Source of the DNA: Stegostoma tigrinum
Taxonomy: Eukaryota
Direction of reading: 5' to 3'
NCBI RefSeq assembly: GCF_030684315.1
Contig: NC_081391.1
Coordinates: forward strand, 13,059,342 to 13,123,341
DNA length: 64,000 nt
Made by a program: the position numbers and the translations under genes. Shown one piece after another: positions 35,923 to 48,670 of the stretch (positions within the stretch are counted from its first letter, which is position 1; each line of letters starts with the position of its first letter). The notes beneath the pieces are model-generated. The model did no database searches. It worked only from the letters and a program-made list of their open reading frames with translations, and was not told the origin of the DNA.

Positions 35923-37733
35923 TGTGGCCTGGAGTACTGTCTGCTTGGTCTGAATGCATTCCCCACTTCACCCTGGACAACCTGTCTCCTTCCAGGGAGA
36001 AGGGGCTTGTAGCAAAGCATGTAATGGCTGTACCAGCTGAATGCAAATGAATAAAATGATGTGTTTATCTTGGTTCTTGTCCATCATTCAGAGAGCTGGA
36101 TGCTGTAGCTTCTCACCAATAGGCCTATGGGAAGAGATATCAGGCTCTGCTTTCTACCCAGGTGCAGGAAACAGCTCAGTTGGGACTGAGATGAGTTCAA
36201 CCTGACTCGTATCCTCCCAATGGGCCCTGACATGACCAGCATATTCTGTTTTTCATTTGCTGCCTTTATCCCATGTGGACACAGCCTAAAGTTACTGGGA
36301 GCGAGTGAAGGTTCAAACCCAGGCCAGTACTGGTGGGCTGTGACCTACCCTGCCTTGTTACAGCCTACTGTAGTTGACAGCACTGAACAGTTCATTCCTC
36401 TTTTCATGGGAGTTAAATATGCTGCTACCCTGAAGGGACCTCGGTGTAATTACCCTTAGCCTCGAGTCAATTCTCCTAGGAGCATTCTGAAGTTGGCCTA
36501 ATGTGGCTTTTGTCAGTTTACTTTCTCTGACCTGTTCCAACACCTTCATTCCTTTTCTCACCCCTCCCACCACCCCACTCCTAGCAATAAACTTCCACCC
36601 TGCCAGTCTACAGCTGGGAAAATTCAGCCCCAACATTGACAGCACCCATTTTCCATGGAGTTGGCTCAGGAAATTATCCGGAACTGTTACATGCTCATAT
36701 ATGAGCTCAATACCACTTACAGCAGGATCACTGTGTCTTTGGGAGTAACACAGCAACACTCATGGTTCAATGCTGCCATTTGATTGGCTCTTACTGCTAA
36801 AAGCAGCATTGAGCACACTAAGCTGCTCCCTTGGTTCCTCTGAGCTTCCCCCACGGGGAGGGTTACTCCTGATGCAGGTAGAATACACCCGATCACAATT
36901 GAGGGAGCAGTGTGACTGGGAGAGGCGACCGGGAGATGCTGACTTTCCTGTACAGCTGCTTCCTTTACCTTTTCGAGGTGTCAGAGAGATGATGGGTTGA
37001 GGAGGGGGTTATGGGAGACAGCCTGAGGATTGTTTCAGGGAGTTTTGTAGCGAGTGCACGCTGCAGCCTTCACTGAAGGTGTGGGTCGTTCAGGCACTGA
37101 ATGTATTTGTTCCACTACATAAAGTGTTTTATTTCAAACAATCCTGAGTCTTGGCTGTAGAATCCCCGCAGTGCGGGAAGAGGTTGTTCAGCCCCTTTAG
37201 TCTGCACTGATCCTCTGAACAGCATCTTGTTCAGACACACCCTGTCTTCTTGCCCCCATCTTTCTATCCCACAGCCGTTCCAAAATAAACTGCATATCTC
37301 TGGACTGTGGGAGGGAAGGAACCCCCACAGACACGGGGAGGATGTGCAGCCTCCTGAGAGTTGCCCATGACTGGAATGACATGTGGGTCCCGGGCACTAT
37401 GCAGCAGTAGTGCTCGTCATTAAGAAACCATGCCACCTAAAGTAACAAAAACAGGAGCACCCTGTTGCATATGATGAGAGTCGCAAACACATTCATTACA
37501 GAAATAGACCCCATTGCCCCTGCTGATGAGGTTTCCACGTTTGGCCCATTTCCCTTTAATGCCATTCCTTTCCATGTAAATCAGCAGATGGCTTTCAAAA
37601 GTTCTAATTATGCCACTTCCTCTGACAGTGTATTCCATATACAGATCACCCTCTGTGACGATAGAGTTGGCCTTCTGGTTCCCTTTCACATCTTTCCCCT
37701 CAAACCCATGTCTTCTAGTTTTGGACTCCCCTA

Positions 37734-37903
37734 CCATGTCCCAGCATGCTTTTTACATACCGTCAACGTTGAGTGTGCCAGTGGCAAGGCTACATTTAGT
37801 GCTCAGCAACTGTTACACTTCAGGAGGTGGTGATGAGCTGCTTATTACAGTCCACCTGGTGTCGGCGAGACCGGAATGATGCTGCTGAGGAGGGGCTTCT
37901 GGG
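37734..37903. other. Conserved upstream element, copy before gene F
   Basis: Direct match to 3675-3852. Confidence 0.75.
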
Positions 37904-38804
37904 ATTTTCAGTCACAAGCAGGGGTATTGTTCCAAGTCAGGATGGTGACGGATTTACATGGAGCTGCTTGAGCAATGTTGGGGCTGCATTGAGTCAGCAA
38001 ATTGTAAAGTATTCATTAACACTTCCTAACTGTGGTTTTGAAGATGATGGACAGGCTTTGCAAAGTCAGCAGGTGAGTTATTCACAACAGAATTCCTCGC
38101 ATCTGACTTGCTCTTAAACCCATGACGATTCACAAGGTGTGATCTCAGACCATGGTTTATGTATAATATTCATACTTGTAAGTTAATCTAATAGGACGAG
38201 ACTGCAACCTGGTATTTGAAGCAGATATTGAGACAAAGTAACTTGCTTCCACCAGTCTGTACATCAGTGCTGTGATCATACCCTAACATCTTCAATTCCC
38301 AAAGCCTCACAGGCCACCAGTCCATGGGAGGCTGCTCCATTCAACACAGTCAAGGTTGCCTGTGCTACACATTTCCAGCAGCAATTTAGACAGGGAGGCC
38401 TAAGGCCTACTGTGTAGAAGGAGACACTCAGCACATTTAACGATTGCCTTTCAAACTGTGCTTCATGAGACCCAATGTCAAGGAGATCAGAGCAGGTTCA
38501 GAATGGATCCACAAAGTACATCAGTTACACGTACTAGATGACCCAAAAGCACATTCATTCTGTTGATGCACAGCAGTAGGAAAATGTTTAATGTCAACAA
38601 AATCTAGCCATTTTGCAATGGACTCCAACACTGTCATTCGAAACATATGAAGACAAATCCCTCAGAGTAACAAACTGACAGAATTCAGCAAATCTGCGAT
38701 GAGCGTGTCTTAATAGTTAACCTCAGATACTCAAGTGAAGTTGTAGAGTATATTTTATTGTCATTTTTAGGTTGATATACTTACCGAATTTGTACTTGTG
38801 CAGG

Positions 38805-38991
38805 AGGTCAAAGGTTAAGCAGCAATTCTATCATCGACCAGTTGTCAATTCTGATCGGTTTCTGGATCCAATTCCCATCCTGCACTGATTGGATGTGGCA
38901 GCTGATCAAGTGATTAACAAGAGTGTTTGGCCATCACTGATGATCTCATTTCCTGCTTCATAAAATGAGTGTTGGCTCCTGGAGTATAAAT
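38805..38991 (+). promoter_or_regulatory. Promoter of copy F
   Basis: DR1 variant AGGTCAAAGGTTA 38805-38817, one intact ATTGG, TATAAAT at 38985. Confidence 0.75.
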
Positions 38992-39078
38992 AGAGTCCCA
39001 GGGCAGGGATGTTTACTGTTGCTCTTAACTTTGTCATTTTGGTGGTGAGGAAAATAAAGCAAGCTTTTCCTTTATAAG

Positions 39079-42000
39079 ATGGCCTCCCAGATCAGTCAGA
39101 ACTATCACCAGGATTGTGAAGCTGCTGTCAACAAGCAGATTAATGTGGAGCTCACTGCCTCTTATCTCTATCAGTCTTTGGTGAGTGGAGTCTCTGTTGG
39201 GTGAAACATACTTCTGTTCTGTTGAAGTGAACTCTTCCCCTTGGATGTAATTAAGTTGTCTATCTTATAGACTGAGTTTTGTGGTTCTTACCCCTTTCTC
39301 AATGCAGGATGAGTGTGATGTCAGTATAACAATAGTTTGGTGTGTAATGTTACTGTAACTTGGGTCCCAGTTGGTTGTCAGTGAGATGTGGAGGGTGGAG
39401 TGTTCTTGTAGTTACTTGCCTGTCCCATGATGGTGCTGTGACTGGTGGTAATTATCGCTTCCTGTGACTGTTTGAAACTTGAGGGAACTAATTTAAAAAT
39501 GAATTGGGACTAACCATTGTGGGATTTGAAGCATCATCAGCTAGTCACTGCTTTTCTTTTCCCTCCTGTATCCTTGTTTCTATTTGAATTTTGTGGGGAT
39601 CTGAAGTAAACCTGCCAATTGATACTGAGAATCTTGGTTTCCTATTGCAATCAGCTTAGAATAGGCTTGTTCTAGCCCTGCAGAGCTGGGCCGAGAGGTG
39701 GCAAATGGAGTTTAATGCAGACAAGTGAAGTGATGCTCTTTGGTAGGAGTAACCGGAAGGCAAAGTACAGTGCTAATGGTAAGATTCTTGGTAGTGTAGT
39801 TGAGCAGAGAGATCTTGGTGTCCACGTACACAGATCCTTGAAAGTTGCCACCCAGGTTGACAGGGCTGTTAAGGCAGTGTTTTGGCTTTTATTAAGAGAG
39901 GGATTGAATTCTAGAACCAAGAGGTTATGGTGAAGCTGTACAAAACTCTGGTGTGGTAGCACTTGGAGTATTGTGTACAGTTCTGGTTGCTGCATTATAA
40001 GGATGTGGAAGCTTTGGATAGGGTGCAGAGGAGATCTACTAGGATGTTGCCTGGTATGGAGGGAAGGCCTTATGAGGCAAGGCTGAGGTACTTGAGGCTG
40101 TTTTCATTGGAGAGAAGAAGGTTGAGAGGTGACTCAATTGAAAGATATAAAATAATCAGAGGGGTAGATAGGGAGAGCCTTTTCTGTGGATGGTGATGGC
40201 GAGCATGAGGGGGCATAGCTTTAAATTGAGGGGTGATAGATATAGGACAGATGTCAGAGTTAGTTTCTTTACTTGGTAGCAAGGGAATGGAATGCTTTGC
40301 CTGCGACACTAGTAGATTTGCTAATTTTAGGTACACTTAAGTCGTCATTTGACTTTAGCATATGGACTTACATGGAATAGTGTAGGTTAGATGGGCTTGA
40401 TCGGTATGACAAGTTGGTGCAACATGAAGGGCCTGTACTGTGCTGTTATGTTTGAAGTTCAGATCAAACTGGGTGAGGTTGTGACTGGTATCTGATTAAG
40501 CAGATCTACTTTGCTTTTTTTCACACTGATGGGGTGGGTGTGGGCTGTCTGTATGTCAAGTGTTGGAGCTTTTCAAAGGCACAGCACTGCCATGGGGCTG
40601 AGAATGTGCTGAGGGTACTGACCCAGTGACTATGGAAAGAAGCTTATCCCTGTTGTGTTTGGCCTGACTCTAAACTAACTGGCCCCTTTTTCCCCAGGTG
40701 GTGGAGTGCCTGTGCCCTTCCAAGGGGTAGAATGTGTTTAGAAGGTGTTAGAAGTAACCTTAGTGAGTGTTGCAGGGTGCTGTCTGGGCTCGTGCCTGTC
40801 AGCAGGAAGTCCTGTCATGATGAGGATCAAGTCCCTGTCAGCCCCACTTTGGGAGGTGGGAACGGCTTTCATTGAGCCAGCAGTTGGGTTTCAATCGCTG
40901 ACCCATTGTCCTAACACACCTTGTAAGCATGTGCCAGGAATGAAATCCCTACCATTCTACATCTTCCAAGTGCCCATTTAAATGACAATGATAAATTGTG
41001 CTTGGGTGTTTGCATTTGAGAATTAAAGCAACTTTTTTCAGCAGGATTCGTAAGAATGTGATTCTAAATGGCTGCTTCCAATAGCAGACCTGTTAAACCT
41101 GAATATGTTGAATTGTGAACATCCTAGTTTAGAAATCTACAGGACTTTGCCTGTTGGATTAAGTCAACAGTGGTTTTTCCAGGTTATTGTTTTAATGACT
41201 GCTCTCCTCTGGAGAGTAGTTGATCTGCAGGTCACTGTCATATTTGTCATGTGATCAGTTTGTTTCTTTCATGGGTAATGGTACAAGTTCCCAACAGTCT
41301 GAGTCAGTACAGCTGTTTTAGATGCAACAATCCAAAGGCTGTCCCTTGGCAGGCTTTCCTTTGGACTTTTCTGGCCTTTGTCAAAGGAGCAATACAGTGC
41401 CCTGCAGCTGTTCTATTGGTGCACATCCTGCACTCCAGCTCCTGGCATTTCTTGAAACCCTATTCAATCACTAATTTATCCCGTTTCTGGTGGAGGTTAA
41501 TCAGTAAAAACATCAATTCACATTTGTTCTCACCAAATGCTGTGCTAGACCCCCTTGAGCAATTTACCAGGAGTTTCAAACCAAAATAAAACACATGGTA
41601 TTTACAGCTTATCTAGAGGAAGCTGGGATTGTTTTGATTTTTTTCCGATTCAACAGCAACTGTTCAAAACTGGGTTCTGAATTGTTAATGCATCAGGTAC
41701 TGAACAGCTTACTGTCAGTTTGACTTTTTTAGAATGCTCAAGTAGCCCTATAGTTCTGAACTGAAATTGGACCATGACTTGTTAATGGGCTTTACCTTGT
41801 TCTCCCTTCAAGATGTCCTACTTTGACCGGGACGATGTTGCCCTTCCCCATTTTTCCCGGTTCTTCAAACATCAGTCCCAGGAGAAGCAGGAACATGCAG
41901 AGAAGCTGCTGAAATTCCAGAATCAGCGTGGAGGCGGAGTCCTCCTGCAGGATGTGAAGGTTGGAGTTGGTTGGGCTGGGGGATGGGATGGTCATGGCTG

Positions 42001-44082
42001 CTCTTGTGGTGTGGTTTCAAGTCAGTGACAAGGTTTTCATTTGAGTCAAAACTTTGTTCAGCCTGATTGATCTCCTTTTTGAAGCCAGTGTAGAAAGAAG
42101 CCCTTTGGCCCACCATGTCTATACTGACCCCACAAACTCTAAACCACATTAATCCCATTTACCTGCCCTTGGTCCACAGGCCACTGTCCTGGCACTAAGT
42201 ACATGTCCAGCAAGGCCTTAAACTGATCTGGAGTAGCTGGCTGTCTCCACCACCATCCAAACCTTTATGTGGTTCGTCTCATATTTCTAACTCCCCCTCG
42301 GAGTGGGTGAGGAGGGTGAAGAGAGTTTCCTCCAATCCCCTCTAACCTGCTTACTCCACAAACCTGTATTCTCTCTGGTCTTGCTGTCTGCCATGGGGAA
42401 GACATTCCATCAACTGGCCACTCTCTCCAATAATTACATCAGGTTACTCCCTCAGCCTTTCCTGCTCCACAGAAAATCCCAGCCTACCTAACATCCAATC
42501 AATGGCTCTTGGGCAACCTCACCAGCATCCCCCTGCAGTGCCATCCTGTCCTTGTGACTGTTGAGGCCAAAGAGGGAATAATGTTGTGACTAGAAGAACA
42601 AACTGTGACAAGACTGGCCCCCTTCCTGTTCCACCACACCCAACTAATAGAGGTTGCTTGCCCTCTGTCACTGTTACACCCTGTTGACCTTGTCTGAACT
42701 TTGAGGGATCTATGGTTGTGGGCCTTTCTTAACTGTTAGCAGCACAACACACTTTGCAAACACCTCGCTGTCCCTTTGATGAATTAAATAGCTGTGATGT
42801 TTCTGATCATCCTGCTCAGGCATGTATGAAGCCACCAGCACAAGTGGTACTTGAACCTTGGCCTTGTCAGCCAGAGACAGGGGCACTACCACTGTACCAT
42901 GACAGCATTTAGGATTCACTTGTGAATATCCTCACAATTCCATCAGATGGACCCTGATGCAAATCTTGTCATTATCCCCCACAATGACCTGTTATTCAAC
43001 TTCCTCCTTCAGATCAAGGACCGACAGGCAAGGTGAAAGCAATTCTGAAGGAACTGTTCTTCAGCTGTGCTCCAGGGCTGCCTCAGGGGCTAGCAGTGTT
43101 CTCAGTGCTAGGGACACAGGTCTGGATCTGGCCTCTGGTGAGGGACTGGTGTTTACATGTCCTCCCCATGTCTGCGTTGGTGTCCTCATAGTATAAGAGG
43201 ATTGGCCATCTGAAATGCAGGGTTACAGGAATAGGGTGGGAGAAGGACGAGTTGGGATCCTCTTCAGAGCAGTTACAGACTGATCCACGTTGTAGAGATT
43301 CTGAAGCTTAACTGTCCTTCTTTCCCTCCTCCAGAAGCCAGAGAGGGATGAGTGGGGTAACAGCCTGCAGGCAATGCAGGTTGCCCTGGATCTGGAGAAG
43401 AATGTGAACCAGAGGTTGTTGGATCTACACCAAGTCGCCACTGCCCAGACTGACCCTCAGGTAAGCTTCACCACCTCCTCATTCTTATCACTGCTAGGCC
43501 GTCAGGGCAACACCTCATTGGTTGGTCTTTTGTGGATTAGCAATTCACTGTTAGACTTTGTTTTTGTACAGATGACATGGATCACTTCAGATCCATCGTG
43601 ATTACAAGATCATTGCTGAGCAGTTGAGTCAAAGTATGTATTTTAACTTGTAAACCCGTGGGAGGACTGAGGTGATATTGGTCACTGAATTCTCATTCAG
43701 GGCCACTGCAGTGGAATGACTTTTATCCATCACAAGTCAACTCTGCTCCAGTAAATAAACAGCAAGATGAAGCAGCGAAAAAGCAGTTGTCCTCATTGCA
43801 CAATTTCTCCAGGCGTTAGCTCCAGTCATCCCTGACAATCTCCCTTGTATGCATGTTTTTCAGCGGGAATTCTGAAATTGTCTTGGATAGGGTTAATGTA
43901 CCAAGTGTCATATTCTTCTGTTGCAGCTGTGTGACTTCCTGGAGACTCACTATTTGGATGAGGAGGTGGAGATCATCAAGCAACTTGGGGACTACATCAC
44001 CAACCTGAAGCGCCTGGGAGCCCCTGAGAATGGGATGGGAGAGTACCTGTTTGACAGGCTCTCCCTGGAGGACAGCAGTTAG
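39079..44082 (+). CDS. Ferritin subunit, copy F, 176 aa, 4 exons
   Basis: Exons 39079-39180, 41813-41959 (AAG acceptor), 43335-43460, 43927-44082; open frame; AATAAA at 44210-44215. Confidence 0.93.
39678..40455 (+). mobile_element. CR1 LINE 3' fragment in intron 1 of F (duplicate of the C insertion)
   Basis: Same junctions as 13526-14314; ORF 39963-40196 EYCVQFW...RMLPGMEG. Confidence 0.88.
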
Positions 44083-44677
44083 TGTGGCCTGGAGTACTGT
44101 CTGCTTGGTCTGAATGCCTTCCCCACTTCACCCTGGACAATCTGTCTCCTTCCAAGGAGAAGGGGCTTGTAGCAAAGAATGTAATAGCTGTACCAGCCGA
44201 ATGGGAATGAATAAAATGATATGTTGATCTCAGATATTGTGCATTGTTTTGAGGCCATTGATACCTCTCTTTGGTCAATCAAGCTTTCCTGCCATACTTC
44301 ACCCCCCCCAACCCCTGTGGACAGACTCTAGGCCTATGGGAGCCAGTTCGGGTTCAAATCGGGGCCTGTGACCTACCTTTCCTAGAGCCATCAACAGGTG
44401 GCCCCACTGACCAGTTCACTTTTTTGTCACTGAAGTCTGCTGCTCCTCCCAGGGGACCTTGGGTTTTTCTGAACTATCTTGGTTGAATTGCATAAATGTT
44501 TCTCCCAGAAGGAATCCAAAAATGTCTTTCAAGTGCCTTCCTCAGTTTTTTTTTGCTTTCTTTCCTTCATCCAGGGCTCAGTCCCTCACACCCCCTGCCC
44601 TCCCCATACCTTGAAGTCTGCCAGCCCTGAGCTGGGGCAATTCTGCCCAAACATTCAGAACAGTCACATTCCAGGGA

Positions 44678-47051
44678 TAATGGGAACTGCCGATGCTGGA
44701 GAATTCCGAATAATAAAATGTGTGGCTGGATGAACACAGCATGCCAAGCAGCATCTCATGAGCATAAAAGCTGATGTTTCGGGCCTAGACCCCTCATCAG
44801 AGAGGGGGGATGGGGTGAGGGTTCTAGAATAAAGAGGGAGGGAGGGCGAGGCGTACCGAAGATGGAGAGAAAAGAAGATAGGTGGGGATTTAGAGAGGGG
44901 ATAGGTCAGGTCAGGGAGGTGGGATGAGGTTAGTAGGTAGATGGGGGTGCGGCTTGGGGTGGGAGGAAGGGATGGGTGAGAGGAAGAACAGGTTACGGAC
45001 GCAGAGACAGGTTGGACTGGTTTTGGGATGCAGTGGGTGGAGGGGACGAGCTGGGCTGGTTTAGGGATGCAGTTGGGGAAGGGGAGATTTTGAAACTGGT
45101 GAAGTCCACATTGATACCTTTGGGCTGCGGGGTTCCCAAGCGGAATGTGAGTTGCTGTTCCTGCAACCTTCGGGTGGCATCATTGTGGCACTGCAGGAGG
45201 CCCATGATGGACATGTCATCTAAAGAATGGGAGGGGGAGTGGAAATGGTTCACGACTGGGAGGTGCAGTTGTTTGTTGCAAACCGAGCGGAGGTGTTCTG
45301 CAAAGCGGTCTCCAAGCCTCCGCTTGGTTTCCCCAATGTAGAGGAAGCCACACGGGGTACAGTGGATGCAGTATATCACATTAAGCAGAGGTTCACCTGC
45401 ACATCTGCCAATGTGGAATGTCATCTTGGGGCATGGGATGGGGGTGAGGCAGTAGGGGTTAGGGCAAGTGTAGCATTTCCTGCGGGTGCAGGGGAAGGTG
45501 CCGGGTGTGGTGGGGTTGGAGGGCAGTGTGGAGCGAAGAAGGGAGTCACGGAGAGAGTTGTCTCTCCGGAAAGCAGACAGGGGTGGGAATGGAAAAATGT
45601 CTTGGGTGGTGGGGTCGGATTGTAGATGGCGGAAGTGTCGGAGGATGATGCGTTGTATCCGGAGGTTGGTGGGGTGGTGTGTGAGAACAAGGGGGATCCT
45701 CTTTGGGCGGTTGTGGCGGGGGCAGGGTGTGAGGGATGTGTTGCGGGAAATGCAGGAGATGCGGTCAAGGGCATTCTCGATCACTGTGGGGGGAAAGTTG
45801 CGGTCCTTGAAGAAATTGGACATCTGGGATGTGCGGGAGTGGAATGTCTTATCGTGGGGGCAGAGGCGGAGGAATTGGGAATAGGGGATGGAATTTGTGC
45901 AGGAGGGTGGGTGGGATGAGGTGTATTCTAGGTAGCTGTGAGATTCGGTGGGCTTGAAATGGACATCAGTTACAAGCTGGTTGCCTGAGATGGAGACTGA
46001 GAGGTCCAGGAAGGTGAGGGATGTGCTGGAGATGGCCCAGGTGAACTGAAGGTTGGGTTGGAAGGTGTTGGTGAAGTGGATGAACTGTTCGAGCTCCTCT
46101 GGGGAGCAAGAGGCGGCGCCGATACAGTCATCAATGTACCAGAGGAAGAGGTGGGGTTTGGGGCCTGTGTCGGTGCGCAAGAGGGACTGTTCCACATAAC
46201 CTACAAAGAGGCAGGCATAGCTGGGGCCCATGCGGGTGCCCATGGCTACCCCCTTAGTCTGTAGGAAGTGGGAGGAGTCAAAAGAGAAGTTGTCGAGGGT
46301 GAGGACGAGTTCGGATAGGCGGATGAGGGTGTCGGTGGAGGGGGACTGGTCGGGCCTGCGGGACAGGAAGAAGCGGAGGGCCTTGAGGCCATCTGCATGC
46401 GGAATGCAGGTGTATGGGGACTGGACGTCCATGGTGAAGATGAGGTGTTGGGGGCCAGGGAATTGGAAGTCCTGGAGGAGGTGGTGGGCGTGGGTGGTGT
46501 CACGGACATCGGTGGGGAGTTCTTGAACCAAAGGGGAGAAAATGGAGTCCAGGTAGGTGGAGATGAGTTCGGTGGGGCAGGAACAGGCTGAGACGATGGG
46601 TCGACCAGGGCAGGCAGGTTTGTGGATTTTGGGAAGGAGATAGAAACGGGCCATGCGGGGTTGGGGAACAATGAGTTTGGAGGCTGTGGGTGGGAGGTCC
46701 CCTGAGGTGATGAGGTCACGAATGGTGTTGGAGATGATGGTTTGGTGCTCGGGTGTGAGGTCAAGATCAAGGGGGCGGTAGGAGGTGGTGTCGGAGAGTT
46801 GGCGTCTGGCCTCGGCGATGTAGAGGTCAGTGCGCCATACTACCACTGCGCCACCCTTGTCTGCGGGTTTGATGGTGAGGTTGGGGTTGGAGCGGAGGGC
46901 TGCCCGTTCTGCAGGGGAGAGGTTGGAGTGGGTGAGATGGGTGGAGAGGTTGTGGCGGTTAATGTCTCGACGGCAGTTGGAGATGAAGAGGTCGAGGGAG
47001 GGTAGGAGGCCGAGGGGTGGTGTCCAGGAGGAGGACTTGTGTTGGAAGCGG
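44678..47051 (-). mobile_element. Penelope-like retroelement, 5'-truncated, RT + GIY-YIG endonuclease
   Basis: ORF 47302..44993 contains IKPADKGGAVV, FYLLPKIHK, GRPIVS, TMDVQS, GVAMGTRMGP, YIDD, FLDL and NVIY..C..CG.LYIGETKR.L..RF.EH. Absent from the paralogous site at ~18696-18710; degenerate 15-bp TSD at 44663-44677 and 47052-47066. Confidence 0.93.
44770..44805 (-). ncRNA. Minimal type I hammerhead ribozyme motif in the Penelope 3' repeat
   Basis: Minus strand reads CT-CTGATGA-G-GGG-TCTAGG-CCC-GAAAC-ATC-AG: CUGAUGA and GAAA core boxes around stem II. Penelope-like elements are known to carry such motifs. Confidence 0.7.
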
Positions 47052-48234
47052 GTCACAATCCGGGGAATCAGCTCCAGATTCTCTGGGGCTACCTGATTGA
47101 TAGTGGATGCTCTTGATACCATAAATACAAGGATTGGTGACCTGGGGCTTGGATGATAGCCCACGGTTAAAAATACTCCCATGTGGTTTATGCTTGCAGC
47201 TACAACTGGCCTCTTACTGTTGAAGGGTTTGTAGAAAAAGCTGCTGCCTTGGTTCTTGGAACCTTTCCATGTGCTGAAGAAATTTTTTTTTTTCAGACAC
47301 ACTTCAATTTGACCCAGTGAGGGAGCAGGGATTTCTGGGGAAGGTGGGGACTGTCTCCTTCAGTCAAGATGCCTGGACATGCTGATTTTCCTGTACAGCT
47401 GTTTCCTTGATCATTCAAGGTGTCAGATCATGGGTAAGGGAGGGGGTGATCAGATACAGCCCAGAGATTGTCTTGAGTTTTGGCGCAAGTGCACACTGTA
47501 GCCTTTAGGGAGAGTGTGGGTCATTAAGGTACTGAATATATTTGTTCCATCACAAAAATCCTTGTTGTTTTGCCCAGTCTCAATCCTTGGTGATAGAAAC
47601 CCTGCTCCCCCGGAAGAGGCCATTTGACCCAGGTAGCATCAACCTTCTGACCAGCATCCTGCTCAGTCCCACCCCAGTCCTTTAACCCTGTGTTCCCCAT
47701 GGCTAATCCAGCTCACCCCTTGTCAATATCACCAACTTAGCATTGCCTATCCACTTGACCAGCAAATAGTTCAGATGGTGGGTGGGAAACCAAACAGACA
47801 CTGTAAATGTACAAACTCCCCAGGGTGCCCTCAGGCTGTTATAAACCCCATGTCGCTGTGAGGTAAGTGTTCGTTACTGAGCCACTGTCTCACCCTAAAG
47901 TACCGAACAAAGGAACATGCTGTTGCATTCTGTCAGAGTCCTACAGCAGAGATACAGGTTGTTTGGCTCAATCCGTCCAGGCCGACCAGTGTTCCAAATC
48001 TGAACTAGTTCCGTTTGCCTGTGTTTGGCCCATACCCCTCAACCGTTACTTTCGCAGAAAATCGCCAAATGTCTTTTAACAACTGTAATTGCACCCACTT
48101 CTACCACTTCGTGGAGCAGCTCATTATTTACATGTGCCATCTTCTGTGGGAAAAGCTCTTCCACCCCCCCCCCACCACCCCACATGCCTCTGTGCAAACA
48201 TTGCCCCTGTGCCCTCTAGCTTTGGACTCCCCAA

Positions 48235-48413
48235 CCCTGTCCCAGCATGCTTTTTGTATACAGTCAATCTTGAGTGTGCCAATGGCAAGGCTACGTTTAG
48301 TGCTCAGCAACTGTTACACTTCAGGAGGTGGTGATGAGCTGCTTATTACAGTCCACCTGGTGTAGGAGAGACCGGAATGATGCTGCTGCTGCCGCTGAGG
48401 AGGGGCTTCTGGG
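48235..48413. other. Conserved upstream element, copy before gene G
   Basis: Direct match to 3675-3852. Confidence 0.75.
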
Positions 48414-48670
48414 ATCTTCACTCACAACCACTGATATTGTTCCAAGTCAGGACGGTGACGGATTTACATGGAGCTGCTTCAGTATCACTGGGGCGGCATT
48501 GAGCTGGAAAATTGCAAACTACTCCAACATTATTCCTAACTTCAGTCTTATCGATGGTGGACAGACTCTGGAAAGTCTGAAGTTGAATTATTCACAACAG
48601 AATTCCCAGACTCTGACTTGGTCTCAAAGCCATGAGCTCATTAATTAGGATTGCCCACTGCCCATGGTTT

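Noticed and set aside
45227-47096. Many overlapping ORFs in the Penelope region
   Set aside because: Antisense or alternative-frame shadows of a GC-rich RT ORF.
47052-47302. First ~83 aa of the 769-aa ORF as a host-transposon fusion gene
   Set aside because: It is ordinary spacer also present at ~18700-18930 in unit C, with a non-ATG start. Chance open frame.
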